The notes beneath the pieces were generated by a model. That model ran no database searches and was not told the origin of the DNA. It saw nothing but the letters and a program-made list of their open reading frames with translations. A stretch of 64,000 nt of DNA from an uncultured Acidobacteriaceae bacterium (GTDB lineage Bacteria > Acidobacteriota > Terriglobia > Terriglobales > Acidobacteriaceae), in NCBI GenBank assembly GCA_963824325.1, contig CAWGPA010000001.1:310393-374392 (forward strand), in the 5' to 3' direction. Of this stretch, positions 1 to 9,441 are shown piece after piece. Within the stretch, counting starts at the first letter, position 1. Every line of letters starts with the position of its first letter. Made by a program: the position numbers and the translations under genes.

Positions 1-768
1 AAAGTTGTGATCGGCACTTGCATTGACCAATCCAAAGATGACAGGTGACAGGTATTTGTCCCACTCTGCATCGCCGTGCAGGATATTGGTTTTGCTGATG
101 GAAGCGGCTTGATAAATCTCTCCGTTGGAGATGATTTCCGAGTTCTTGGCCAGACCGTAGGTACCGCTTAGATTGAGCGTGGTCTTGCTCGCCGGCGGCA
201 GCCAGGCGGTAGTTGGGATGGATCGGATAAGAGCTATTGCGCCAGTGTAGGTTTGGGCGCTGTTGGTGGCGTCCACCAGGCTGGCGCCGAGGGTGATGGA
301 ACCGCCCCAACCATAAAGGAGATCCGACTCGTTCTGGATCTCGCGATGGAAGGTGGCGGCATCCAGGAGCGAGGCGAGCTGGCTTGCCGGAAAAGATTTC
401 TCCTGGGCGTTGGGAGGGCTAACGTTGAGCGAATCATTCTTGAGCACGATGCTCCCAACCGGGATTTGTTCGACGGCGGTCTTCCGGGTAACACGCTGAT
501 CTTTTTCTACCGCGGCGAACGGATGGGCTGTGTTGAGCGTTTTGACCTTTTCCAGGGGCACGGTCACATTTCCGAGGATGTCGCTGTGGAAGGTGACGTT
601 GCCGCCGAGCACACTGATGAGCTTGCCGGCGAGTTGCTCGCCATCATTGAAGGTAATGGTGTCGGGAGTTTCCGCATAGGCATGGTTGGCCCAGACGAAC
701 AACAGAGTACAGACGCAAGCCCACACGAGGTGGCGCGCTAAAGTAAGGAGCAGTTTCCGATTGAACAT
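1..768 (-). CDS. DUF481-like outer-membrane beta-barrel protein (C-terminus beyond window edge)
   Basis: Absent from the ORF track because there is no stop inside the window. My translation from the ATG at 768-766 gives MFNRKLLLTLARHLVWACVCTLLFVWANHAYA (signal peptide). It continues ETPDTITFNDGEQLAGKL...GWGGSITLGASLVDATNSAQTYTGAIAL...TLNLSGTYGLAK...HGDAEWDKYLSP and stays open in frame to base 1. The + ORF 253..741 is its antisense shadow. Confidence 0.7.
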   Translation of the reverse strand, partial: MFNRKLLLTLARHLVWACVCTLLFVWANHAYAETPDTITFNDGEQLAGKLISVLGGNVTFHSDILGNVTVPLEKVKTLNTAHPFAAVEKDQRVTRKTAVEQIPVGSIVLKNDSLNVSPPNAQEKSFPASQLASLLDAATFHREIQNESDLLYGWGGSITLGASLVDATNSAQTYTGAIALIRSIPTTAWLPPASKTTLNLSGTYGLAKNSEIISNGEIYQAASISKTNILHGDAEWDKYLSPVIFGLVNASADHNF

Positions 769-903
769 GATTTTCCTAAGATGAAAATTGCGGAGTGGGC
801 GCTGGATCGATCGGCTAGCGAATCGTCATCTCTCCCGATTGCGTTCGGGAGGGCGGCGCTGCTTGAGCTGGATTTCCGGGAGCTCGGGCATACCAGCGTT
901 TGG

Positions 904-1119
904 TTATTTCACAGCCTGGTTCTTGCAAACAGGACAATTCATTTTGTGCCAGCCTAAATCCCTGATGGTGGCCTTCATTGCTTCGTATCCCTCTTGCACC
1001 AATTCGTCGTAGCGGCGTTTTGATAGGCCGGCCTTTCCTTCATTGAGACGGATGTATGCATAAGCCTCGCGTTTGCTCTCAGACAGACCCGCTAGTCGCA
1101 TGTATTCAGGGCAGGACAT
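904..1119 (-). CDS. small hypothetical protein with C-terminal CPxC motif
   Basis: 71-aa ORF (MSCPEYMRLAGLSESKREAYAYIRLNEG...WHKMNCPVCKNQAVK) fills the gap between two minus-strand genes. No Shine-Dalgarno seen and no family recognised. Confidence 0.4.
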   Translation of the reverse strand: MSCPEYMRLAGLSESKREAYAYIRLNEGKAGLSKRRYDELVQEGYEAMKATIRDLGWHKMNCPVCKNQAVK

Positions 1120-1190
1120 GGAAGACTCGCAATGTTGGGATCACCCCTTCGAATTGTATCCATCGCCGGGTAGTCGGTGCAGAGGCATCT

Positions 1191-3395
1191 CTACTTCCAG
1201 AGCTGACGTCTAAGCAGAAAATCGAGGAGGTTCCAGCGAGGGCCGCTGGGCCGGCGCGGACGCAGTTGAAACCAGTACGCAATCTGCTCCGCGCGGAATC
1301 CGTCATCGGCGCGTAGTTGCAGCCACTGGCTCACAAAGGCACCCAGTTCACTGGAATCCGGCGCCATAGCAAATACCGTGGAGATAGGGCCGGAGAGGTG
1401 GTCCGGCGCTACTGCAGTGAAACCTGGATGCTCCGCTGCCCAGGCCGCGGCCTGCTGCAGCGTCCACACCGCGCCTTCGACAGGATGATCGCTTCCCGGC
1501 AGGCTGTCGTAGTTGGGTACGACCACTAGCTCCGCCTTTGGAAATAATCTACGGCTCAAGGGAATCAGTACCGGGTCATCAAACACAGCCAGCTTTAAGC
1601 CCGGACGGGAGAGCTGTTCGGCATCGAGGAAGGTTTCGGCGCGGGGAGACGGTACGATGAGCGCCAGTGGGGTTGCATAGTAGGGCGGCGACACAATGAG
1701 CGTCTGGATGCGCTGGTCCGTGTCATAAATGCCAGACATCGCGATGTCAAAGCGATGACCGACCAGATCGCCGGCAAGGTTGGGCCACGCAAAGGGAACC
1801 AACTCGATGGAAACACCCAGATCGCGTGCCAGGCGGTAGGCGTACGAGATGTCAAACCCAACCAACTCTCCACCATCGTTTCTATAGCTGAACGGAATGA
1901 CATGGGGATTGAAGCCCACACGCAGAACGCCGCGTTTGCGAATGTTGGCAATGGAAGACGTCTCAGTATCGCTATCGGTTTTGGACAATGGCGGCTCCGC
2001 CGCCGCTATGGTCGACTGCATTCCCTGGGTCAGCTGCGGGTCCAGATGTAGAGAGGCGAAGCGGCTGGTAGCCGTCGGGAACAGCGTCGGACGCAACGCA
2101 ATCGCCACAGCAACGATGCTCGCGCACAGCACAGCGACGGCCCCAACTCCAGCCAGAAATCTACCAGCGCGGAAACGTACTTTTTTAAAGTAGAGCAGTG
2201 GCACGACCAGAGTGATGAAGAAAAAGCCGCTGACAGAAACAAGCACCTGGCCGAAGCGCGTGATGGCCGAGGTCTCCACGTAGAAGTCGAGCACCGTACC
2301 GGGCAGATGCAGCCAGCTGCTGAGAAAAACCACTGAATCATAAGTCGCGCTGGGAGAGCCGAAGCACGACAAGAGCGTTATGAGCGGGAGCAACACCTTC
2401 TGAGCCAGCCTTAACGGCATCTGCGAAATATAGCTGGCATACAGGATCAGGAGATAGACGAAGTTATTGCCCACTTGCGCGAATACGTAGCTCAACGACA
2501 AGCTGGTCTGCACCACGCTTCGCCGCTCCTCGGAGTCGCCGCAACCAGCGTCGTCGAGGGCGGACTCCACCGCCCGCTCCACCAGGGGCAACGCCGCTAC
2601 CGACAGGGTCGTGACCACAGCCAGGACGATTGCCGGGCGAAGATTGCGCAAGACGGAACGATAGCTCTGCGACACCAGGGCAGAGAGCAGAAAAGGTATA
2701 ACGAACAAGCCGAGGATGGCGGCGCCGAGGAGATATAGGACGACATAAAGCAACATGCCACCCAACCGGTCAGGGCGCACGGTACCCGCCGTACTGGCGA
2801 GCAGAGCGAAGACGCCAAACGGAGCCAGCTTTACAATCCAGCCCCAGATTTTGACGCTGGCCTTCTTTACCGCGTCGAAGACCTCGAGCAATGTCTGCTT
2901 ATGGTCCGCGCTCTGGAAGGCGATGCCGTAAATGACAGCGAAGATGGCCACAGCCGGAATATAGTTTTTCCGCAGCGCCGCGAATGGATTGGAAGGAATA
3001 AGCAGGTCCATCAGCGGTATTCCGCCGCGCAATTCCGATGCCGTGAGGGATAGGGGCGGCGCTGTGGGTGGAATAGCATGCGCCAGAGCCCAGAGGGTAG
3101 TGAGGGTGAGGATCCAAAGAAAGAGAAACGGAATCCAGGTCGCGCCGAGCAGCTGGCGGGCGGTGGCGGAAGTGAGCCGGCCCAGGCCGTACATGAGGGA
3201 ACAGATGAGGTAAGGATAAACAGGGATCTGCAGCATTGCCCCATAGGCATCGCCGATGGGCTGTAGAAAGGCTGTCCGCTCGCCGAAGAAGAGGCCGCAG
3301 GAGATGCCAAGGATTGCGCCAAGGAGAATCTGCTGCGGCAATTTGGCCCCGGGATTTTGAGCCGGACTCGTGGCCTGGCCCTTAAGCTCGCTCAT
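1191..3395 (-). CDS. dicarboxylate/amino acid:cation symporter (DAACS) fused to a C-terminal family-3 solute-binding domain
   Basis: 734-aa ORF. The N-terminal ~440 aa is polytopic with a GltP/DAACS-like pattern. The C-terminal ~270 aa carries an SBP_bac_3-like signature (GVLRVGFNPHVIPFSYRNDGGELVGFDISYAYRLARDLGVSIELVPFAWPNL...DIAMSGIYDT). Confidence 0.8.
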   Translation of the reverse strand: MSELKGQATSPAQNPGAKLPQQILLGAILGISCGLFFGERTAFLQPIGDAYGAMLQIPVYPYLICSLMYGLGRLTSATARQLLGATWIPFLFLWILTLTTLWALAHAIPPTAPPLSLTASELRGGIPLMDLLIPSNPFAALRKNYIPAVAIFAVIYGIAFQSADHKQTLLEVFDAVKKASVKIWGWIVKLAPFGVFALLASTAGTVRPDRLGGMLLYVVLYLLGAAILGLFVIPFLLSALVSQSYRSVLRNLRPAIVLAVVTTLSVAALPLVERAVESALDDAGCGDSEERRSVVQTSLSLSYVFAQVGNNFVYLLILYASYISQMPLRLAQKVLLPLITLLSCFGSPSATYDSVVFLSSWLHLPGTVLDFYVETSAITRFGQVLVSVSGFFFITLVVPLLYFKKVRFRAGRFLAGVGAVAVLCASIVAVAIALRPTLFPTATSRFASLHLDPQLTQGMQSTIAAAEPPLSKTDSDTETSSIANIRKRGVLRVGFNPHVIPFSYRNDGGELVGFDISYAYRLARDLGVSIELVPFAWPNLAGDLVGHRFDIAMSGIYDTDQRIQTLIVSPPYYATPLALIVPSPRAETFLDAEQLSRPGLKLAVFDDPVLIPLSRRLFPKAELVVVPNYDSLPGSDHPVEGAVWTLQQAAAWAAEHPGFTAVAPDHLSGPISTVFAMAPDSSELGAFVSQWLQLRADDGFRAEQIAYWFQLRPRRPSGPRWNLLDFLLRRQLWK

Positions 3396-3422
3396 GCATC
3401 CACCTTAGCCAATGCTCGTTTT

Positions 3423-4160
3423 TCACCGGGGCAACCGCTTCAGCATCGCGCGCGCACTCCGGAACCACGGCCGTTCCCGGCGGCGCAGGTAGTCGGGCAT
3501 TGTCGGCTTTTTATCGAGCACCTTCTGCGCCCACTGGCGGGCTTCGGCGTTGCGTCCTTCAGACGCCAGGAGATCCGCGAAGTTCAAATAGGTTTCCGAC
3601 AACGTCGACAAGACCGTCGTCTGCCGGAAAAGCGCTTCGGCTTTTTCTTTTTGTCCGGTTTGCGCGTAGGCATGGGCAAGCAATCCGGCGGCGCGATGGA
3701 AGTCGTACTCGGGGTCTTTGTCCACTGCTCGTTTCAGGTCAGGTAACGCCGCTGCTGCATCGCCCAACAGGATGGCGCAAACGCCGCGCCGGTAGAAGGG
3801 ATCGAGCGTATCGGCACGGGCGGCGATGGCTTTGTCGAAGGCGGCCCGGGCCAACAGGAGCCGGCCATCGTCCATGTAAAGGTCGCCCAGTTCTTCGTAA
3901 TTCCCTGCCGACGGATTGTCTCGCACCATCGTCTCAAGTTCGCGAATCCGCTTGCGCCGGGGAAAGACCTTGAAGGATTGGCGGAGCAGCCCAGCGTCGG
4001 GTATGGCCTCGACGAAGATATATACCAGCGCGCCTAGCGGACCGAGAAAGAGGATGATGAAAATCCAATAGTTGTCTGGTCGTCGCCGGATGAAGTGGAC
4101 GATCGCAAATATCTGGAGCAGCAAGCCCCACGGGAATAAAAGATGGCTCAGAAGTCCCAT
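3423..4160 (-). CDS. membrane-anchored TPR repeat protein with PLD-nuclease-N-like N-terminal hairpin
   Basis: 245-aa ORF. N-terminus is LLQIFAIVHFIRRRPDNYWIFIILFLGPLGALVYIFVE (two TM segments, PLDc_N-like). TPR-like helical repeats follow (AGNYEELGDLYMDDGRLLLARAAFDKAI...). Its stop is 27 nt upstream of the DAACS start, so probably the same operon. Confidence 0.7.
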   Translation of the reverse strand: MGLLSHLLFPWGLLLQIFAIVHFIRRRPDNYWIFIILFLGPLGALVYIFVEAIPDAGLLRQSFKVFPRRKRIRELETMVRDNPSAGNYEELGDLYMDDGRLLLARAAFDKAIAARADTLDPFYRRGVCAILLGDAAAALPDLKRAVDKDPEYDFHRAAGLLAHAYAQTGQKEKAEALFRQTTVLSTLSETYLNFADLLASEGRNAEARQWAQKVLDKKPTMPDYLRRRERPWFRSARAMLKRLPR

Positions 4161-4241
4161 GCAATATTAATCCAGCCTCAGGTTAGCATCTGAGACCGGG
4201 GGGACAGGTCTTGGAGGATGGACCGCGAAGGAATCGTGGTT

Positions 4242-5333
4242 TCAGTGCGCCTTTGCTTGGCCAAGATGATCGTCAAAAAACCGCGCCATGATGGAGTCGG
4301 CCTCTCGCGATTCGGGGGTATTCGGGTTATACCAGAAGGCGTGGTTCAGGCCATCGAAGACCACCAACTGCGCCTCCACGCCAGCACGTAGAAAAGCACG
4401 ATGGAGTGTCGCCGTATCGCTCAGAAGCAGGTCGCGGGTACTGGTTACGAAGAGGGCCGGCGGCATCCCATGCAGGTCGGCATAGACAGGCGAAAGTACC
4501 GGGTCTTTAGGATCGGTAGAGCCGACATACTGGGTTAGCCATTGCACGCCTGGGGTGGGCGGTTCCAGATGTCCGGCGAGTCCGCTCACCGTGTACATGG
4601 CATGCGAATCGCCCTCCTTGCTGAAATCACCCGCGCCGGTGAAAATACCGAGCGCCGCCGGCAAAGGCAGCCCTAACTGTTTGAACTTGACCGCCGCTTC
4701 GGCGGTAAGAATGGCTCCGGCCGACGTGCCGTAAAGAGCAAGATTTTGCGGCTTGTAGGTTTTGAGCAGTTCCCGATACACCGCAACTGTATCGTCCACG
4801 GCCGCAGGAAACGGGTGTTCGGGAGCAAGGCGATACAGGACGGAGATGACCTTGGTACGCGTAAGATTGGCAATCGGGATCGACTCGTTGAGTGAACCGG
4901 AATCGCTATTGAAGCCGCCCCCGTGGACATTGATCAGGACCCGGTCCTGCTTTTCTGCCGGAACCCCATCGGCAGGGGTCACCACCCAAACCGGTATCCC
5001 CGCGATCGTGGACGATGTGATATTCACGGGATAGACGGCACGATTAGCCTTGGCTCCAGCCGCTGCCGCGGCATCCGTCTCCGCGCGTCTCTGCTCCAGA
5101 GTTTGGTTCGGCTTAGCATCCGAGGCCTGGCGTGCCAATCCTTTCTGCGCCTCGGGACTGACGGTATTCGGCAGTGGCACCACGCGCGTGATGTGCGCTG
5201 TGCCGTCAGCGTCGATGTAGCTGGAATCCTTCTGGGCGGCGGACTCCTTAGTCGTTTGCCACGCAAGCGCCGGATTTGCGAGAAGAGCCAAAACCCCACT
5301 GGTTACAGCAACCATGCTGAGTCGACGAGCCAC
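4242..5333 (-). CDS. exported alpha/beta hydrolase (HSL/esterase-lipase fold-3 type)
   Basis: 363 aa with a signal peptide (MVAVTSGVLALLANPALA), an HGGGF oxyanion motif (INVHGGGFNSDSG) and a GTSAGA nucleophile elbow. Confidence 0.85.
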   Translation of the reverse strand: MARRLSMVAVTSGVLALLANPALAWQTTKESAAQKDSSYIDADGTAHITRVVPLPNTVSPEAQKGLARQASDAKPNQTLEQRRAETDAAAAAGAKANRAVYPVNITSSTIAGIPVWVVTPADGVPAEKQDRVLINVHGGGFNSDSGSLNESIPIANLTRTKVISVLYRLAPEHPFPAAVDDTVAVYRELLKTYKPQNLALYGTSAGAILTAEAAVKFKQLGLPLPAALGIFTGAGDFSKEGDSHAMYTVSGLAGHLEPPTPGVQWLTQYVGSTDPKDPVLSPVYADLHGMPPALFVTSTRDLLLSDTATLHRAFLRAGVEAQLVVFDGLNHAFWYNPNTPESREADSIMARFFDDHLGQAKAH

Positions 5334-5420
5334 ACCAACCTCCCGCTAGAATCGAAGTCTTGAGACGGGACATTCTCTAACTTTACTGGTGGATTAGCAA
5401 CTAGCCTTTGCATGTTCATT

Positions 5421-5440
5421 CGCGGACACGTGTGTCCGCG
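5421..5440. promoter_or_regulatory. 20-bp perfect palindrome in divergent promoter region
   Basis: cgcggacacg|tgtgtccgcg reads identically on both strands. It lies between the divergent starts at 5333 (-) and 5560 (+). Confidence 0.4.
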
Positions 5441-5559
5441 CTTGAACGCCCACGAGGCCCGTGTCCCACGCATGCATTTCATTCCCCGGAACTTAAATGA
5501 ACCATGCTTTGGCCTGCGAAGTGCTTACGAGTCTTCCAGCCTGATGAGGTGACCATCGC

Positions 5560-6636
5560 ATGACGACCTGCACGCTTTCCAACCCGGGGTTCGGCAAGAC
5601 CATTGAGCTATCCGGCTTATTGCGCGCCGCGGGAGCCGCATTGGTCGCCATCTCTACCTTCCTCTCGGCGCACGCACAGACCGTTCGCACCCCGCAGCCA
5701 ACGACACTGGCGGCGCAGAATTTCGCGCTCAGCGATCTGATGGTGAACGGCGGACAGGCAGAGGCGGCCGAATACCAAGGACGCAAAGGTGTTCGTCTGA
5801 CCACCCAATCGAACGAACAGGTTTTTGCGTTTCTTAAGGGAACCCAGTTTCAGGACGGAACGATCGAGGCCGATATCGCCATGAAACGGACGACGCCGCC
5901 AGGTGTGCGGATGCCCGGCTTCATCGGCATCGCGTTCCGAACCAGGACAGATACTTCGCACTACGATTTGTTTTACCTTCGGCCCTGGAATTCTCATGCC
6001 GACGATCAGGCGATGCGGAACCATTCCGTGCAATACGTTGCTGCTCCGGGATTCGATTGGTACAAGCTGCGCAGAGAATGGCCGTGGATCTACGAATCCT
6101 ATGCCGATTTGCAGCCGGAAGGATGGAACAAAATAAGGATCGAAGTGCACGGCCGGACTGCGAAGTTGTACGTCAACGGATCGGAGAATCCGAGCTTGAT
6201 CGTGGACGGCTTGAAAGGCGAGGACCTGCAGGGCGGTGTTGCCTTATGGGGTTACCAAGGCGAGGAAGCATACTTCTCCAACGTGAAAGTCATTCCTGCC
6301 AAAGCAGAAGTGGTAACCAATGATTTCGAAGCCACGGGAACATGGGAAGTAAACCTTGCTACGGATTACGGCAAGTACGACGGATCGATGAACCTGCACC
6401 GCGATGGCAACGCGGTCAAAGGCGCTTGGTCCGGTTCGTTCGGCCAGGATCAGCCGGTCAGTGGCACGTGGCGCAACGGCTATGTCGAGCTTACGTTTAA
6501 TGGAACCTGGCCGGGTGAAAAGCCGGCGCCGGTGACTGTGACCCTGGCCGGGTGGGTGGACGGCGATTCGGCCAAGGGGCGAGTGAAAGTGGAGGGCCGA
6601 GCCGATGGACAATGGACTGCACAACGCAAGAAGTGA
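5560..6636 (+). CDS. exported concanavalin/LamG-like jelly-roll protein with extra C-terminal beta-rich domain
   Basis: 358 aa with a signal-like N-terminus (AGAALVAISTFLSAHAQ). The core GTIEADIAMK...FIGIAFR...YLRP...KIRIEVHGRTAKLYVNGSENPSLIV...GGVALWGYQGEEAYFSNVKV resembles LamG/DUF1080-type lectin folds. Assignment is by pattern only. Confidence 0.65.
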   Translation: MTTCTLSNPGFGKTIELSGLLRAAGAALVAISTFLSAHAQTVRTPQPTTLAAQNFALSDLMVNGGQAEAAEYQGRKGVRLTTQSNEQVFAFLKGTQFQDGTIEADIAMKRTTPPGVRMPGFIGIAFRTRTDTSHYDLFYLRPWNSHADDQAMRNHSVQYVAAPGFDWYKLRREWPWIYESYADLQPEGWNKIRIEVHGRTAKLYVNGSENPSLIVDGLKGEDLQGGVALWGYQGEEAYFSNVKVIPAKAEVVTNDFEATGTWEVNLATDYGKYDGSMNLHRDGNAVKGAWSGSFGQDQPVSGTWRNGYVELTFNGTWPGEKPAPVTVTLAGWVDGDSAKGRVKVEGRADGQWTAQRKK

Positions 6637-6760
6637 GCACTCCACGCAAAAAAGTTCCGATGAGCGTAATATGTTCGTCGCTGAGGATGAACAACGATTT
6701 ACAGAACTATTTCTGTGGTTGCTGCGTCCAGTTCTCTAGGACCACTCAGCAGGAGCAGAT

Positions 6761-7033
6761 TTGATGTACAGGAATTCCAAACAGATATTCAAGGGAATTA
6801 CACGCGCACTATTTGCGCGTTTGCGTAAAAAGGCCTCCACCATCGGTTTCCCCGTTGCCAAGCCCGTTGGCAGCGCGCAGAAGGACGGGATCAGAATCGA
6901 CTGGAACTATGATCCACGGCTCGAGACCCTGGAAGTGCAATCCAGCACAGTGTTTTGGATCAACTCCAGCCGCGTCGACGAGGAACTTCGTCGCGAGATC
7001 GAAGCCACGATTCGCTCTTACCGGGCGGCCTGA
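6761..7033 (+). CDS. hypothetical small protein
   Basis: 90-aa ORF (MMYRNSKQIFKGITRALFARLRKK...GIRIDWNYDPRLETLEVQ...) in an otherwise empty gap. No family recognised. Confidence 0.4.
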   Translation: MMYRNSKQIFKGITRALFARLRKKASTIGFPVAKPVGSAQKDGIRIDWNYDPRLETLEVQSSTVFWINSSRVDEELRREIEATIRSYRAA

Positions 7034-7096
7034 ACTTCGCTCCGGGAACGGCGGTGTGAAGAAAATCTCCACCTTCGTTGTTGAATTTTTACATCC

Positions 7097-8248
7097 TCAG
7101 GGCTGGCTTGGCGATTCTTTCAGGTATTGCCGTAACTCGGCGACGTTGTAGCAGTGGGAGAAAGCTGTCTCACGCAGAATGCGTCCGCTGCTAACCAGCT
7201 CGGCCAGCGATTGCTCCATGGTCATCATGCCCTCTGCACGCCCGGTAGAGATGTGGGAGCGAATCTGGTGGTCTTGACCGGTCCGGATCAGATTGCGTAT
7301 GGCGGTCGTGGCCATCAAAATCTCAACGGCGGGGTAGCGGCTCGCGGTGTCGGCAGCCGGTACGAGCTGTTGGGTAACGATTGCCACCAGGGCCAGGGAT
7401 AGCTGCTGCCGAATTTGAGATTGATGCCCGGCGGGGAAAATGTCCAGGATGCGCGAGATGCTCTGAGACGTATCGTTGGTGTGCAAAGAGGAGAGCACGA
7501 GGTGCCCGGTCTCGGCTGCCGTAAGCGCCGCAGACATGGTCTCGGCGTCACGCATTTCTCCCACCAGGATCACGTCGGGATCCTGACGTAATACAGCCCT
7601 CACCGCTTGCGCAAATGAGGGTGTGTCATGGCCCACTTCAATCTGCTCCACCAGGGAGTTATGGTTCGCATGCTCATACTCGACCGGGTCTTCGATGGTG
7701 ATGATGTGGTCGCGACGACGGACATTGATCAGACCGAGCAGCGCAGCGAGGGTCGACGTCTTGCCACAACCAGTTGGGCCGGTGAGCAGCACCAATCCCT
7801 GCCGCCGTTCCGCTAGCTGGGCCAGTGCGGCCGGCAGGTGCAACGATTCGAGCGATGGAATCTGCGCAGGCAGCAGGCGAATGGAGGCCGCCAGCGTGCC
7901 ACGCTGGTAGTGGAAGTTGGCTCGGAACCTCCCGATCTGCCCCCGCGCGAAGCAGAAGTCCAACGACTTGTTTTCTTCTAACTCCTCCGCCTGACGGGCG
8001 GTTAGCAAAGGAACTAACAGGCTGCGTATTTCCTCTGGCGACAAGGGCTTGCCGGCCGCTGGCGTGAGAGAGCCCTTCACTCGCAGCGCGATCGCCGAGC
8101 CAGCTACCAAAACGATATCGGAAGCGCCCCGCTGGATGGCAAGCGTTAATAGGCGGTCGATCGAGAAACTGCCACCGCTTGCTGGTGCAGCCTTCGAACG
8201 ATTCAATTCATCGACAAGCCGCGACAGTTCATTCCCGAAGGCAGCCAT
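7097..8248 (-). CDS. pilT: type IV pilus twitching-motility ATPase PilT
   Basis: 383 aa with Walker A GPTGCGKTSTLAAL, Walker B/Asp box DPDVILVGEMRD, and the PilT-type motifs AAETGHLVLSSLHTN and IRNLIR. Confidence 0.9.
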   Translation of the reverse strand: MAAFGNELSRLVDELNRSKAAPASGGSFSIDRLLTLAIQRGASDIVLVAGSAIALRVKGSLTPAAGKPLSPEEIRSLLVPLLTARQAEELEENKSLDFCFARGQIGRFRANFHYQRGTLAASIRLLPAQIPSLESLHLPAALAQLAERRQGLVLLTGPTGCGKTSTLAALLGLINVRRRDHIITIEDPVEYEHANHNSLVEQIEVGHDTPSFAQAVRAVLRQDPDVILVGEMRDAETMSAALTAAETGHLVLSSLHTNDTSQSISRILDIFPAGHQSQIRQQLSLALVAIVTQQLVPAADTASRYPAVEILMATTAIRNLIRTGQDHQIRSHISTGRAEGMMTMEQSLAELVSSGRILRETAFSHCYNVAELRQYLKESPSQP

Positions 8249-8545
8249 AGGCCCTTTCAGCAGGCGGAATAGCGAATATCCATTCTAGCAACGCTTCCAC
8301 CCGGCGCGGGTCGCGACCTATCCGGATGGTTCGAGAGGCGAGGCCCAAAATTGTACGCGGGAGGGGTATGCTGTATGGCTATGAACTGGTTGCCTTCGCT
8401 CCGCGCCTTGATCATTTTTGGCATCCTCATGGCTCTTTTTGCAGCTGCCTACTGGGGCTGCGGAGGGCATGTGAGATAGCGGGATCAATCTGCCAGAAGA
8501 GACTGCTCGCCGCAGATGCGCGGCGGTGGTCTCAAAATTAAGGCC

Positions 8546-9406
8546 CTATCGCGCCTTTGCCTGAGGGTCCGGAGTGGCGTCGCCCTTGAGCGCTCGAGTC
8601 AAAGCATCACTCGTTATTGTGGGCGCCCAGTACTTCTCGATGTGCTCGATCACCAATTCAGTGCCGGCAGCATGAGAGACGAAGGGTCTCGAAGCCGGGT
8701 TATACATGGCGTCGGTGAGATCGCGCACTAACACGCAACGCAGCCCCCACTTCGACAGCTGCCGCACGCCAAAGCTCCGGTTGAGAATGCACATGTTGGC
8801 GTGAACCCCCATGAACAGCACAGTGTCAATATGGCGCTGTTGAAGGACGTTGTAGATCTCCTCTCCCTTATCTGAGATCACGTCCCCCGGCGCCACGGTG
8901 AGGGCTTCGGTTTCACGGCTCCACGCCTTGTGGGGTTTATCTCCCGGAGTATCGCAACCCTCATCGCTATCGTCGATGGGCAGCGGAGCGTCGGAGAAGG
9001 TCAGTTCCGGAGGGGGCGTGGCACGCGGGGCGTTTTCCGCAAGCAGCCTGCCCGGCGCGTTGCTATAGAAGTCCATTGTCTCGGAGGGCGCATGAATGAT
9101 CAGTATGCCGGCTGCGCGGGCTACCGCCAGCATCGGTTCCATTTTCTGCGCAATGAGCCCTACCCTGTGGGTGGCGCCCTTGCACCAGTGCTTATCCCAC
9201 ATATCCGTAATGATGATCGCTGTCTTCGAGGGAACGATGGCTTCTTCAAAGTGGGCTTCCACCCAGGGTCCGTTGGCATGGAATGGTTGGATCTGGGTGC
9301 GCAGCTGCAACTTGATCTCCTCAGCGTTTGGTCCTGTTGGCGCGGACGCCGACACCGTGAGTGCCAAGAGCGCGAACGTCGAAAGCACCATGACTGGCAT
9401 TTGCAT
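8546..9406 (-). CDS. exported isochorismatase-family cysteine hydrolase
   Basis: 286 aa with a signal peptide (MVLSTFALLALTVSASA). IIITDMWDKHWCKGA and FMGVHANMCILNRSFG match the isochorismatase D/K/C arrangement. Confidence 0.75.
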   Translation of the reverse strand: MQMPVMVLSTFALLALTVSASAPTGPNAEEIKLQLRTQIQPFHANGPWVEAHFEEAIVPSKTAIIITDMWDKHWCKGATHRVGLIAQKMEPMLAVARAAGILIIHAPSETMDFYSNAPGRLLAENAPRATPPPELTFSDAPLPIDDSDEGCDTPGDKPHKAWSRETEALTVAPGDVISDKGEEIYNVLQQRHIDTVLFMGVHANMCILNRSFGVRQLSKWGLRCVLVRDLTDAMYNPASRPFVSHAAGTELVIEHIEKYWAPTITSDALTRALKGDATPDPQAKAR

Positions 9407-9441
9407 GGGATATGTCCATATCCTAACAACTCTTCCCGGTG

